Source: Bacillota bacterium
GTDB taxonomy: Bacteria; Bacillota; Clostridia; Lachnospirales; Lachnospiraceae
Assembly (NCBI GenBank): GCA_023411555.1
Contig: JAEYOQ010000008.1
Location: 27,550-91,549 of the forward strand
Direction of reading: 5' to 3'
DNA length: 64,000 bases
The notes under the pieces were generated by a model, which had not been told where the DNA came from, did no database searches, and saw nothing but the letters and a program-made list of their open reading frames with translations. How positions within the stretch are numbered: the stretch's first letter is position 1; the number at the start of each line of letters is the position of its first letter. The position numbers were made by a program, and so were the translations under genes. This document shows, piece by piece, positions 28,289 to 38,729 of the stretch.

Positions 28289-29137
28289 TTACCTCCATGC
28301 TCTGTCCTTGCTCTGAAATATGTTAATATGTTCGACTACATTTCTTTTCATTCCTTCTACCATAGAAGCACTCAGGGAAAAATAATCCCTTTTATCCTCA
28401 CTGCAGTACTGCCTTGCCGAGGTCTCCACAGATAAAAAATTAGCGGTAGCGATGTTAATTTTTCGAATTCCGAGACGGATACACCTTCTAAAATCCTCCG
28501 CGCTGATGCCTGAACCTCCATGTAGCACCAAAGGCACCGGAACGATTTTCTTCGTTTCCTCAAGTACCTCAAATTTAAGATTAGGTTCCTCTTTATATAA
28601 CCCATGGGCATTACCGATTGACAATGCGATTGCATCCACCCCTGTATGCTCATACAATAGCTTCACTTCTCCAGGATCGGAAAGATACATCGTGTGATCA
28701 ACAGAGCCATCCTCACTGCCTCCTAATTGCCCAACCTCTGCTTCCACACTTGCACCGTAACGATCTGCAAGCTTCTTTACTTCCTTAACCAGTTCGATAT
28801 TCTGGTCAATGGGAAGATGCGAGGCATCGATCATAACAGAGGTGAAGCCAAGCTCCAATGCCTCATGGATGGCCTTTACATCCAAGCCATGATCAAAATG
28901 AACCGCTACAGGGACGCTGGCTTTTCTTGCAGCCGCCAACATCATCGGACCTAACATATGCAGCGGAGAATAAGGTAATCGTACCTGAGCTACCTGTAAG
29001 ATGATCGGTGAAGAGCATTCTTCTGCTGCCTGAATCGCTCCCATTACCATCTCCATATTAGCTACACTGAAGGCACCAACTCCGTAATCCTCCCTATCTG
29101 CTCGTGATAAAATATTACTCAAACTAACTAGTGACAT
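28289..29137 (-). CDS. iolJ: 6-phospho-5-dehydro-2-deoxy-D-gluconate aldolase (class II aldolase family)
   Basis: Class II FBP-aldolase family (GVGAFSVANMEMV..., HFDHG, LVLHGGSG); first gene of the iol operon. Confidence 0.85.
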   Translation of the reverse strand: MSLVSLSNILSRADREDYGVGAFSVANMEMVMGAIQAAEECSSPIILQVAQVRLPYSPLHMLGPMMLAAARKASVPVAVHFDHGLDVKAIHEALELGFTSVMIDASHLPIDQNIELVKEVKKLADRYGASVEAEVGQLGGSEDGSVDHTMYLSDPGEVKLLYEHTGVDAIALSIGNAHGLYKEEPNLKFEVLEETKKIVPVPLVLHGGSGISAEDFRRCIRLGIRKINIATANFLSVETSARQYCSEDKRDYFSLSASMVEGMKRNVVEHINIFQSKDRAWR

Positions 29138-29203
29138 TCGTAAAATTATCCTTCCTTCTTATTAATCAGAGAATTATCAATAACTTACTAATCTTTTAAC
29201 AAT

Positions 29204-29232
29204 AATCTACCACATATGCACTAGTTAGTCAA
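29204..29232 (-). promoter_or_regulatory. Candidate sigma-A promoter of iolJCBDEA (TTGACT-N17-TAGATT with TG at -15/-14)
   Basis: Minus strand reads TTGACT aactagtgcatatgtgg TAGATT, immediately downstream of the iolR terminator. Confidence 0.5.
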
Positions 29233-29240
29233 TTATAATT

Positions 29241-29329
29241 ACACAAAAACTCCCCAGATTAATACTTGATTCCTAAAATATCTGTAAAGCTGATATTTTT
29301 GGATATCCATCAATTACTAACCCAGGGAG
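29241..29329 (-). terminator. Very long intrinsic terminator after iolR
   Basis: Arms of about 33 and 38 nt (29250-29282 / 29292-29329) with a 5-nt bulge. 4 of its 6 non-Watson-Crick positions are G-U on the minus-strand RNA. Followed on the minus strand by UUUUUGUGU. Confidence 0.75.
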
Positions 29330-29385
29330 TGTACCTAATTCCTATTCATCATAATCAGTATAATAAATCAACCATTCTTTAGGCT

Positions 29386-30162
29386 TCAATCCTTTGATAG
29401 TGGTACAACAATCACTTCCACATTATTCTTCTCCAGCATAGAAAGCAGTGTCTGATCGACATTCTCATCGACGATTACCGTCTCCATCTCAGGTAGCTTA
29501 GCATAGGTGAGCATTCCACTCTCACCATATTTCGAGGAGTCGATCATCAGTATCTTCTGATGACTGCCGGCAATTGCTGCCTTCTTAATCTCATACTCCA
29601 GCGGTGATGAATTCGTTACCATACCGCTATGAGTGATACCGGAAGAAGCCATGAAAGCCTTGTTAATATTATACTTTTCCAGAGCACGAACCGTATCAGC
29701 AGAAGCAAAAGAATTGGTCTTTCTTTCAAGAGTACCTGGCAGACAGATAAGATTAATATTCGGGATCGGGATTGCACGGTTTATCACGTTCAGGCTATGG
29801 GTAATTACAGTCACCGAGTTGCACTCCCTCATATAATCAACCATATACATAGTTGTAGTTCCTGAGTCGATAAAGATAATATCTCCATCCTCAACTAGCT
29901 TTGCAGCAGCCATGCCACAAGCGATTTTTCCCTGAATATTCTTAGACTGTCTCTCTTCAAATGGGACTAAATTCTCTTTCTGATTACTGCAGACACCTCC
30001 GTACACCTTACGAATAGCTCCCTTGCTCACCAGTTGAGCAACATCCAGGCGAACCGTATTCATAGATATATTAAATTTACTACGTAATTCCTCCATGGAT
30101 ACCAAATCATGTTCCATGATATATTGCTCCATCTGCTTGATCCGAATTGATTTCATTCCCAT
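29386..30162 (-). CDS. iolR: DeoR-family transcriptional repressor of the inositol cluster
   Basis: DeoR HTH (VSMEELRSKFNISMNTVRLDVAQL) plus a sugar-phosphate-binding C-terminal domain; position at the head of the iol genes. Confidence 0.8.
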   Translation of the reverse strand: MGMKSIRIKQMEQYIMEHDLVSMEELRSKFNISMNTVRLDVAQLVSKGAIRKVYGGVCSNQKENLVPFEERQSKNIQGKIACGMAAAKLVEDGDIIFIDSGTTTMYMVDYMRECNSVTVITHSLNVINRAIPIPNINLICLPGTLERKTNSFASADTVRALEKYNINKAFMASSGITHSGMVTNSSPLEYEIKKAAIAGSHQKILMIDSSKYGESGMLTYAKLPEMETVIVDENVDQTLLSMLEKNNVEVIVVPLSKD

Positions 30163-30365
30163 TTAGTACCTCCATATATTGCATCAACTACATATATATT
30201 ACCATACTGGGGCAATAAATCAATATATATTGTTTTATTCGGATCGTTTTTAATATATTTTACATATATTCTTATTAACTTTTAGTTGTATTTCAGTTAT
30301 TATCATGCTATAATCTATAGCATATTCACAAAAATATACCAACTACTAGAAAGGGAAATAAAATC

Positions 30366-31379
30366 ATGTTAAATATCGGTATTATTGGTGCAGGAAGAAT
30401 CGGTAAAGTACATGCTGAGAGTATTACATATCACGTAAAGGATGCAAAGGTTGTAGCAATTGCAGATCCCTATATGAATGATGCAACCATGGAATGGGCA
30501 AAAAGCTTAGGAATACAGAAGGTACATACAGATTATCGTAACATCCTGCAGGATGACGAAATCCATGCAGTCCTTATCTGTTCCTCAACAGATACACATG
30601 CAGATATTTCAATTGAAGCAATCAAGGCTAATAAGCATGTATTCTGTGAAAAACCCATCTCACAGGACTTAGCTAAAATCAAGGCTGTTATGGAAGCTCT
30701 TGACCAGTCCAATGTTAAATTCCAGGTTGGTTTTAACCGCCGTTTCGATCACAATTTCGAGGCAGTCCGTAAAGCGGTAGAAGAAGGAAAGATTGGCGAT
30801 GTACATGTTGTAAAGGTAACCTCCAGAGATCCTGAGGCTCCTCCGCTTGAGTATGTAAAGGTATCCGGTGGTATGTTCCTTGACATGACCATTCATGATT
30901 TTGATATGGTTCGTTATCTGACCTCCAGCGATGTTGTCGAGGTATATGCAAGCGGTACTGCTTTAGTTAACCCCGCCATCAAGGATGCAGGCGATATCGA
31001 TACCGCTATCATTACCATGAAGCTGGCCAATGGTGCCCTTGCTGTCATTGACAACTCCAGAAAAGCTGATTACGGCTATGATCAACGTGCAGAGGTCTTC
31101 GGTTCCAAGGGTCAGGTCGCAGTTACCAATGATGCAGGCTCTACCGCAGTTCTTAGTACCGCAGCCGGTGTCACAGGAGAAAAACCCTTATACTTCTTCC
31201 TTGAGCGCTATATGGCTTCCTTCTCCAAAGAAGTATCCCTGTTCGTTCAGGCAGCACTCAATGATACTGAGGTTCCTGTAAATATTAATGATGGTTTACA
31301 ACCGGTATTGATTGCCAAGGCAGCGAAAAAGTCTCTGGATGAAAATCGTCCGGTACTGCTTTCAGAAATCACCATGTAA
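30366..31379 (+). CDS. iolG: Inositol 2-dehydrogenase (Gfo/Idh/MocA family)
   Basis: IGIIGAGRIGKVHAE Rossmann motif, EKP motif (FCEKPIS); divergent from iolR. Confidence 0.85.
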   Translation: MLNIGIIGAGRIGKVHAESITYHVKDAKVVAIADPYMNDATMEWAKSLGIQKVHTDYRNILQDDEIHAVLICSSTDTHADISIEAIKANKHVFCEKPISQDLAKIKAVMEALDQSNVKFQVGFNRRFDHNFEAVRKAVEEGKIGDVHVVKVTSRDPEAPPLEYVKVSGGMFLDMTIHDFDMVRYLTSSDVVEVYASGTALVNPAIKDAGDIDTAIITMKLANGALAVIDNSRKADYGYDQRAEVFGSKGQVAVTNDAGSTAVLSTAAGVTGEKPLYFFLERYMASFSKEVSLFVQAALNDTEVPVNINDGLQPVLIAKAAKKSLDENRPVLLSEITM

Positions 31380-31419
31380 TACATTACCCAATCTAAATTA
31401 ATATAAAGTATTTTTTACA

Positions 31420-31450
31420 GAGGCTGTCATAGGATGACAGCCTCCTTTTT
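31420..31450. terminator. Intrinsic terminator (bidirectional) between iolG and the GH36 gene
   Basis: GAGGCTGTCAT-agg-ATGACAGCCTC followed by CTTTTT and preceded by TTTTTTACA. Confidence 0.8.
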
Positions 31451-31508
31451 ACACCTTGTAATTACTACTTTATCCATTCTTATACACACCGCAAGACTCC
31501 AATTAAGC

Positions 31509-33701
31509 TTAATCTACAGCTATAATGTGAATGAGCTTACCCAGATAATCTCCCCACATATTATCAATTGAAAGACCTGCATGCATCAACGCACCACCGC
31601 TTAGCATGACCCCTGTCTCCTCAATACGGTATATCGTATTCTCACATAACCCCTTCAGGCGAACACGACGGGTACTGTAGTTTGGTCGTGCCATAACCTG
31701 AATATAGGTAACCAGTGCTTCCTTCCTATCCTTTGATACCACTTGGATACAATCATATTCATGATTACTCTGATAGGAGGCTATCCGGTAATAATCACCG
31801 GTGCGGATCAAATCATTGAATTTATGGTAGGTCGCTACCTGTTCAGGGATCAGCATTCGATCCTCTTCCGGTATCTTCGTAATATCCAGCTCATAGCCGA
31901 AGGTTCCTGCAAGTGCCACATAACCTCTGGTTGCAAAGGGGGTACTACGACCATTGGAGTGGCTTGGGCAATCTGCGATGTGAGCACCCATAGTAGACAG
32001 GGGGTAAATTAGGGCTGTTCCCTCTTGTATCCGCAGTCGCTCAATTGCATCGGTATCATCGGAGCACCAGATTTGAGGGCTGTAATATAACATTCCCGGA
32101 TCGTATCTTCCACCACCGCTGGAGCAATTCTCAAGCAACAGATTCGGAAAATCACTGATCAGACGCTCCTGCATCTCATATAAGCCTAGGACATAGCGAT
32201 GATAAAGCTCTCCCTGTGAATCTGCATCAAGGCATACACTTCCAAGGTCCGTCAACGAACGGTTCATATCCCATTTCACATATTCGATATTCGCTGATCT
32301 CAGGACTTTAGCCATACTGTCATAGATTGCATCCCTAACTTCTTTCCTTGAGATATCTAGTACATACTGATTCCGATTAAGTGCGCCGGTACGTCCGGGA
32401 ATTTGTATTGCCCAATCCGGATGCGCCCGATATAAATCTGAATCCGGAGAAATCATCTCGGGTTCGAACCATAGTCCCAGCTTCATTCCTAATTTATTAA
32501 CTTCTGTTGCAAGGTACGATAAGCCGCCCTTCAGCTTTTCTTCATTCACTACCCAGTCACCCAAAGCTGAATTATCATCATTTCTTGCACCAAACCAGCC
32601 GTCATCAATTACCAGCATCTCAATCCCAAGTGTAGAGGCTTCTCTTGCTATACTAAGTAGCTTCTCACTATCGAAATCAAAATAAGTCGCTTCCCAGTTA
32701 TTAATCAATATAGGACGCTTTTTATCACGATATTCTCCCCTGATTAAGTGAGAACGATATAAATCGTGGAAGGTTCTTGTCATCTGGCCGATACCCTCTG
32801 AGGAATAGACAAGTACTGCCTCGGGAGAGGTAAAGCTCTCACCCTGCTCCAGCTTCCAGCTAAAATCAACCGGATTGATCCCTATGGTCGCCCGAAGGGA
32901 ACCAAACTGCACCACCTCAGCCTGAGCCATGAAGTTACCCGAATACACCAGATGCATTCCATATACCTCGCCGTTATCCTCATTCGCATCCTTATCCATA
33001 ACTGCCAAGAAGGGTTGCTCTTGATGTGAGGATACCCCTCTAAGAGAGGAAATCAGTTGCTTTCCGTCCGTAATTCTTCTACGGTTAATCATCCTCTCCC
33101 TTGACCAGAGGCCATAAAGGGTCAGCATATCATATTCCCGGTTGTCCATATCAAGACAGGCTGACAATACCTTCGTCAGATAGATGCTATCCTCTGATCC
33201 ATTCTGAATTCGAACACTTCGGGTAATTACATCCAGCTCTTCAAATACAGTGTAAAGCAGTACAATCTGAAGCTTCAAAACCTTATCTTCACAGATAAGC
33301 TCCAGTGTCGTACAGGCTTTGGAATCACCAAAGGTTGCCGGAAGCCCTTCAAGCTTCGGCTTACCTGGATAGATTTTATGAGTAACATAGGATAGGCTAC
33401 AAGCAGAATGTCCCAGCTTGGTTTTCACACTGAGACAGGACTCACGAAAGTCGCCAATCCCATGGGTAGAATACTCCATCGGTAAGCTATCCATAAAGGA
33501 AACTCTGTCCCGATTGTTTCTGGAAGGAACCTTTGCTCCATTATCAGTACGTAATAGATAGGTCAAGTCTTCATCCACTACTCTCTTTCCATAATAGATG
33601 TGGCCTACAAAATTTTCATCATCGACTATACCGATCATATAGGTTGATTTTGGTGTATCTAATTTAAAGATACGATTATTTTCACAATATCTTATTCCCA
33701 T
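31509..33701 (-). CDS. Alpha-galactosidase, GH36
   Basis: RIFKLDTPKSTYMIGIVDDENFVGHIYYG..., VIDDGWFG, KWDMNR, CSSGGGRYD are GH36 signatures. Confidence 0.93.
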   Translation of the reverse strand: MGIRYCENNRIFKLDTPKSTYMIGIVDDENFVGHIYYGKRVVDEDLTYLLRTDNGAKVPSRNNRDRVSFMDSLPMEYSTHGIGDFRESCLSVKTKLGHSACSLSYVTHKIYPGKPKLEGLPATFGDSKACTTLELICEDKVLKLQIVLLYTVFEELDVITRSVRIQNGSEDSIYLTKVLSACLDMDNREYDMLTLYGLWSRERMINRRRITDGKQLISSLRGVSSHQEQPFLAVMDKDANEDNGEVYGMHLVYSGNFMAQAEVVQFGSLRATIGINPVDFSWKLEQGESFTSPEAVLVYSSEGIGQMTRTFHDLYRSHLIRGEYRDKKRPILINNWEATYFDFDSEKLLSIAREASTLGIEMLVIDDGWFGARNDDNSALGDWVVNEEKLKGGLSYLATEVNKLGMKLGLWFEPEMISPDSDLYRAHPDWAIQIPGRTGALNRNQYVLDISRKEVRDAIYDSMAKVLRSANIEYVKWDMNRSLTDLGSVCLDADSQGELYHRYVLGLYEMQERLISDFPNLLLENCSSGGGRYDPGMLYYSPQIWCSDDTDAIERLRIQEGTALIYPLSTMGAHIADCPSHSNGRSTPFATRGYVALAGTFGYELDITKIPEEDRMLIPEQVATYHKFNDLIRTGDYYRIASYQSNHEYDCIQVVSKDRKEALVTYIQVMARPNYSTRRVRLKGLCENTIYRIEETGVMLSGGALMHAGLSIDNMWGDYLGKLIHIIAVD

Positions 33702-33730
33702 TATTTATCTCCTTCTATAACAGCCTATAG

Positions 33731-34555
33731 CTATACCTCTATTACCATACCATCATAGGATACCAAAAAATCTACCTTGTCAGCCTCTTCAACCATCTGT
33801 TCGTGCAACCATCCTCCATTATGGGAGAAATGATTTACAATCCATTTTGTATTATCATCAGCTAGACCAAGATCAATTAAGCGTTTTCGTTCCTTCACCG
33901 CATCGACAAGCCCCATATGATTGTTCCCATCTGCTTCACTCTGGGTAGTGCAATCCAGACTCACAAGATCCAGATATACCTTGTTATTCTTAAGATATTC
34001 TATTGTCTCATCGGGGAGAGCACCGGTATCATGTGCGTACAGCATCGCCTTATTTCCTTGAATAATCTCATAAATAAGACATTCTTCCCGCCTGTCATGG
34101 AGGGCTAACAGCGGAATCACGGTATAGTCCTTGATTGATATCTTTTCAAATGGTTCCGCTTTATGAAAAACGAAGCGGTCCTCCACCTTATCTACATCCG
34201 GAACCTCGGACCATATTCTGTTTTTTACACTATCATTACCATAGACATGAAGCAAATCACGCTGATGGGCAAAGGGTTCTCTTAGCATCTCCAGATCCGC
34301 CGGATGAAAGTGATCCGTGTGGCTATGGGTTACCAACAAATGCTGCACCTTTTCCAAATCCAGACCATATACGAGACTATGCATATTCGTATCCGGTGTT
34401 AAATCAATCAGTAAATCATCATTAATCAATGCCTGTGATCTAGTTCGTATATTCTTCCCTTTCAGGCGCTTTGCCTCCTTGCATAACTCACAATTGCAAA
34501 ATATTCCAGGCCAGCCTTCACCGGCTGCCGTTCCGTAATAAGTTAATTTCATCAT
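33731..34555 (-). CDS. MBL-fold metallo-hydrolase (PhnP-like)
   Basis: HSHTDH metal-binding motif; 274 aa. Confidence 0.8.
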   Translation of the reverse strand: MMKLTYYGTAAGEGWPGIFCNCELCKEAKRLKGKNIRTRSQALINDDLLIDLTPDTNMHSLVYGLDLEKVQHLLVTHSHTDHFHPADLEMLREPFAHQRDLLHVYGNDSVKNRIWSEVPDVDKVEDRFVFHKAEPFEKISIKDYTVIPLLALHDRREECLIYEIIQGNKAMLYAHDTGALPDETIEYLKNNKVYLDLVSLDCTTQSEADGNNHMGLVDAVKERKRLIDLGLADDNTKWIVNHFSHNGGWLHEQMVEEADKVDFLVSYDGMVIEV

Positions 34556-34839
34556 TAAGCCCTGCCCTTCTTATATAAATGCTAAGTTTATTAACCTTTT
34601 TTATCATATATCTAAAAATTAGCTACTACTCCGATTTATTATGCATATAAAAGAGCGACTATAAAATATCTATATATCCCTCTAATGTCCTTTTATAAAC
34701 ATTCGAAATCATAAGATTATATTTTACAGCCGCTCCTTATCGTATCCTTAAGCTTTTACTACCTTTTATTATATATTATATTGAAGTATCAAAAGTCATA
34801 CAATTACTTCGTATCGTCCATTTGCACAACAAATAATTG

Positions 34840-37362
34840 TTATCTTTTTTTCAACAGGAAGGAATATATGCCATAGGGCTTAACTTCAAATTCCAGTAAT
34901 TCCGGCACTTGACTTCCACACACATTGTTATTTAAGTCAGCCGGTACGATATCATAGCCATCTATTCGCAGTTTTCTGGTTGCTGACCTTCCCGATAATT
35001 CTCTGAGTCGTATCACTAATCCATCCATTACTTCTCTTACGCTAATGACCTGCATATGCTCCGGGAGTGTGAGACAGTCCATAACCAAACTATGACTAGT
35101 CACTTCGATCCCTTCCTGCAGCATCGAGGCTCTCTCTAAATTATCCGCCTCCTGATCCTTTTTGAACCCATATAATACGTAACGGTAGCTTAAATCTCCA
35201 CCAAACCACTGAGGAAAATTAGTTCCCCACATATTATTAAAGAGATTAAAGTACATAACCGGCTCTTCCGGTGAGTGATAGGTTGGTCTATACTGATATA
35301 CTCCCGTCTCACCCAAGGCTACCAGAGGAGTATCCTTTGTTACAATACATACTCCGCACTCTTCGTCCCTTGCTGATATATAATTCTCAAGACAATAAAA
35401 TACATGATTTGCATGATCTTCAATATCTGTAGCAGGATCCAGTACTGTATTAGATTTATTGATGCGATATATCTGCTTCTTATGATCGGTGGGAAACAGA
35501 ATGGAACCCGATTCAATATAAGGAGTCTCACTCTTATTTTGTAAACTCACATTGAGGTAGATCTCATCACCGGCCGGCGGTAAAGTTATCTCAAGCATCA
35601 CCTTCTCGGCATCCCCATACTTCTTAGAGCTCTCTCTGGTGACGAAATTCAATGTCAGGGTGTCAAGATCGATGGAATAATTCTCAAATCTCGGACGATA
35701 GGTTTTATGCTCACAATCCGGATATGCCTCCCTGCCATAATCCTGAATCCCCCAAGTGGAGAAGCGATATGCGAAGTCTCTAAGATAACTTGTAACATCT
35801 TGAATGCCATAACGATCATATTGATAAGAAAATACGGATTGATTCTCATTCTTTTGTAATAGAACCGATGCCAAATCCTTATCATATAGTTCGAAGATAT
35901 CTCCCGTCTTCTCTGAAAATGTCAGGCGGTAACGATGATTCTCAATCACACCCCTCTGATCCTGCTTACTTATCGACAATGCTCCACTATATTGGGTTCC
36001 TTCCGTTATATGAATTGGTACTGTCTTAAAAGGTGGCAGCTCAGATACAAAGCAGGACCACTCCCCATTAATTTTTGTTAACGGAAGCGATACATCTCCG
36101 TATTTTACACTACAGCCTGAAAGCTCTTTCTCCAAGTTCTTCAAGGATACCCAACCGGTATAGGAACGGCTGCCCGGATTAAATAAATTAAGAGATACAT
36201 CACTCTTAGCATTAACAAGCTGTCTTATCTTTCCTAAAGTCTGTACACTATTGTCCGCTCTGTCCCGTTGTTCTTGCCATGACCGCTCCATATATGTATA
36301 ATTGTCTTTTTGCTTTTCCTTTAGGAATTCCTTCTTTCGATAGACACGCTTCGGACCAAGCCAGGTCTTAACATCGGCTCCCCAAGTATGTTCTTCAAAG
36401 AGGTCGATATCATCATAATATTGATCCAGTAAGTTAGAGTAGTCATCCTTCGTCTCAATTCCAGACTCAAGACGCTGCTTCATTCTAAGGGCCTGAAGTC
36501 TTCTTACTTCTGATCTTGTTTCACGCACCATACCAACTTCCTTAGGATAAGCACCAATTCCATGGATCCAGGTATCAGCCAGGTCCTTCGTTATGGTTGG
36601 AAGCTTAGATAAATCACTCTTTGAGAGTTCTTTATAAAAATCATCCAAGGAACCGCAGACTATCTCCACATCAGGATATTTTTTTCTGATGTCATCAACC
36701 AATTTATGTATTACCTCTACCGATTGTGGACCACAGTTATCCTGTGTCTGCATCAAGGCCATCCACACCGGGTAATCCCAATCATCTGGTGGAAGTAAAG
36801 AGGTGCCATATCCACCCTTACTATACATCGTCAGTACCCGTTCTCCACTTGGCGACTGCCAGTGGAACAGGAAAGGAACCTTAGGAGGGGTCGCAAATTC
36901 ATTGCAGCCCAGATGAAGAAACTTAATCCCTGCCCCAGATAAAATCTGCGGAAGCATAATTCCATGTCCGGGAACATCCGTCATTTTTGCTGCAATTGGA
37001 TAAGGCTTGTTATACTTTATGGATAGCTCACGGCCATAGCGAAGACCTTCAACGAACTCCTCGACACTGCAAAAATCGGTATGAGATGTATATGGTAATG
37101 CATGCCATACAATCTGCCCATCTTCTATCAATTGCTCCAAATCCTTCTTTAAATCATCTCTACATTGCTGCGTTATGACTTTCAGAGGCCAGGCAGGCAT
37201 CGTCCATACATACTTAAGCGGCCCCATATGCTTCGTTGCTTTACAGGTTGCAATAACTTCCTTTAGCATGGAGTCACCATATTGTTCGATTACTCGGCTG
37301 GACAAATCCGTGAAACCGATATCAAAGTGCGTCTTAAATACTAGAACTATTTTCTTAACCAT
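34840..37362 (-). CDS. GH38-like glycoside hydrolase (family I recall as DUF5054)
   Basis: N-terminal VLVFKTHFDIGFTDL resembles the GH38/DUF5054 metal-site motif. The track start 37380 is TTG; ATG 37362 has GAGG spacing. Confidence 0.75.
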   Translation of the reverse strand: MVKKIVLVFKTHFDIGFTDLSSRVIEQYGDSMLKEVIATCKATKHMGPLKYVWTMPAWPLKVITQQCRDDLKKDLEQLIEDGQIVWHALPYTSHTDFCSVEEFVEGLRYGRELSIKYNKPYPIAAKMTDVPGHGIMLPQILSGAGIKFLHLGCNEFATPPKVPFLFHWQSPSGERVLTMYSKGGYGTSLLPPDDWDYPVWMALMQTQDNCGPQSVEVIHKLVDDIRKKYPDVEIVCGSLDDFYKELSKSDLSKLPTITKDLADTWIHGIGAYPKEVGMVRETRSEVRRLQALRMKQRLESGIETKDDYSNLLDQYYDDIDLFEEHTWGADVKTWLGPKRVYRKKEFLKEKQKDNYTYMERSWQEQRDRADNSVQTLGKIRQLVNAKSDVSLNLFNPGSRSYTGWVSLKNLEKELSGCSVKYGDVSLPLTKINGEWSCFVSELPPFKTVPIHITEGTQYSGALSISKQDQRGVIENHRYRLTFSEKTGDIFELYDKDLASVLLQKNENQSVFSYQYDRYGIQDVTSYLRDFAYRFSTWGIQDYGREAYPDCEHKTYRPRFENYSIDLDTLTLNFVTRESSKKYGDAEKVMLEITLPPAGDEIYLNVSLQNKSETPYIESGSILFPTDHKKQIYRINKSNTVLDPATDIEDHANHVFYCLENYISARDEECGVCIVTKDTPLVALGETGVYQYRPTYHSPEEPVMYFNLFNNMWGTNFPQWFGGDLSYRYVLYGFKKDQEADNLERASMLQEGIEVTSHSLVMDCLTLPEHMQVISVREVMDGLVIRLRELSGRSATRKLRIDGYDIVPADLNNNVCGSQVPELLEFEVKPYGIYSFLLKKR

Positions 37363-37442
37363 AGGAACCTCATCTTTCAATTCGTAATCTTATGCTACCG
37401 TCCACATTTGAGGTGCTCTGGTTGCATAAGGGATTAGTGCCA

Positions 37443-38108
37443 CTATACGCTGCTGATCCCCAATTTTTTCAGTAAGTGCTCAATTCTTCTCGGAATAATC
37501 CGATATAATTCATCCCAGGTTACAATAATATCTTCGTTATATGGAGCTGGGACAAATTCCAATGTTGGATGAAATGAGAAGTTCTCTCTGATATAGCTAC
37601 ATATCTGATAATTCAGGTAGGAATTTGTATGCAAAAGTCCTTTGAATAAATTATTTACTAACAAGCCTCCGGTCCCTGCATATTTATGACAGACCACATC
37701 TACATCACTAAATAGCAGAAAGAGCTTTCCATCCGGGAATACAGCATGCTTACCCGGCTGAATGTAGATTGGAATATGAGTTTCCTCTTCTAATACCTTG
37801 GAATATTGAAAACAGTTCATATGGCTGCCATGAGCGCTCGCTTCTCCATCTACCACATTACCATCGTGTCCGACATAGACCCAAAAATGCTCCAAGTCAT
37901 ACATATGCTGTATGTCAAAATCATAATAAAGTTGATATTCTATTACAAATGCTACCTTATCCGTATCAATCCAGATATCACGGTCAAAAGACCTGCTTCT
38001 ACCTGAGGTTCTGATAATATCATAGCCAATCTGATCAATGGTAAAGGGCTCATTCTTATCAAAATAAAGATGTGGCGCATACTTGATCGCCAATTCACGA
38101 TCTGTCAT
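37443..38108 (-). CDS. Hypothetical protein (221 aa) conserved within the glycan locus
   Basis: Strong AGGAGGAGAGGG SD. No motif I can name; KYAPHLYFDKNEPF is faintly Vps62/DUF946-like. Confidence 0.7.
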   Translation of the reverse strand: MTDRELAIKYAPHLYFDKNEPFTIDQIGYDIIRTSGRSRSFDRDIWIDTDKVAFVIEYQLYYDFDIQHMYDLEHFWVYVGHDGNVVDGEASAHGSHMNCFQYSKVLEEETHIPIYIQPGKHAVFPDGKLFLLFSDVDVVCHKYAGTGGLLVNNLFKGLLHTNSYLNYQICSYIRENFSFHPTLEFVPAPYNEDIIVTWDELYRIIPRRIEHLLKKLGISSV

Positions 38109-38146
38109 ATTTTTTCCCTCTCCTCCTATTACTTCTGTACGCTATA

Positions 38147-38701
38147 TCATATATTCCTTTTTATACTTTTCTTATCGTTTATCATATGCTCCAGCTCCTC
38201 CATAAGCTCGAACAGCTTATCCGGAGCATCCAGAATATAGTCCGGTGTTTCCTCCTGATTGACAGGATTCATGTCATAGCGAGGGCTATAATTTGCTAAT
38301 ATAGAGACAATTCCCATTCTGTTCGCCCCAATAATATCCCTCTTGATATTATTTCCTATCATTACAATACGGTGCTTATCACTATCTGTTAAGCCAAGCT
38401 CCTTCATAGCATGCTGGAACATGATTGGTGCAGGCTTTTCCTGACCAAGCTCACCTGAGATTGCCTTAGCACTAAAGCAATAATCCAATTCATGAGAAAG
38501 ATAGATGTTATCAAAGGAGGTTTTGGTTCCATCTGCTACAAGAGCTATAGTATAGCCATTGTCATAAAGCTTAGCCAGGTTCTCCTTGGCTCCTGGGAAT
38601 AGCTGTGCTTTAAGCACAGTTCCCATCTCATTTTTTACCTCAGTCGACTCATCTACCAGGGTATCACCGCTATCTATAAATACAATCAATTCTTTTTTCA
38701 T
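38147..38701 (-). CDS. HAD-superfamily hydrolase
   Basis: Motif I region VFIDSGDTLVD, later ...LVADGT..., GNNIKRDI. Weak SD. Confidence 0.75.
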   Translation of the reverse strand: MKKELIVFIDSGDTLVDESTEVKNEMGTVLKAQLFPGAKENLAKLYDNGYTIALVADGTKTSFDNIYLSHELDYCFSAKAISGELGQEKPAPIMFQHAMKELGLTDSDKHRIVMIGNNIKRDIIGANRMGIVSILANYSPRYDMNPVNQEETPDYILDAPDKLFELMEELEHMINDKKSIKRNI

Positions 38702-38729
38702 ATTTTTATTTGGTCACTGTAGCAATAAA

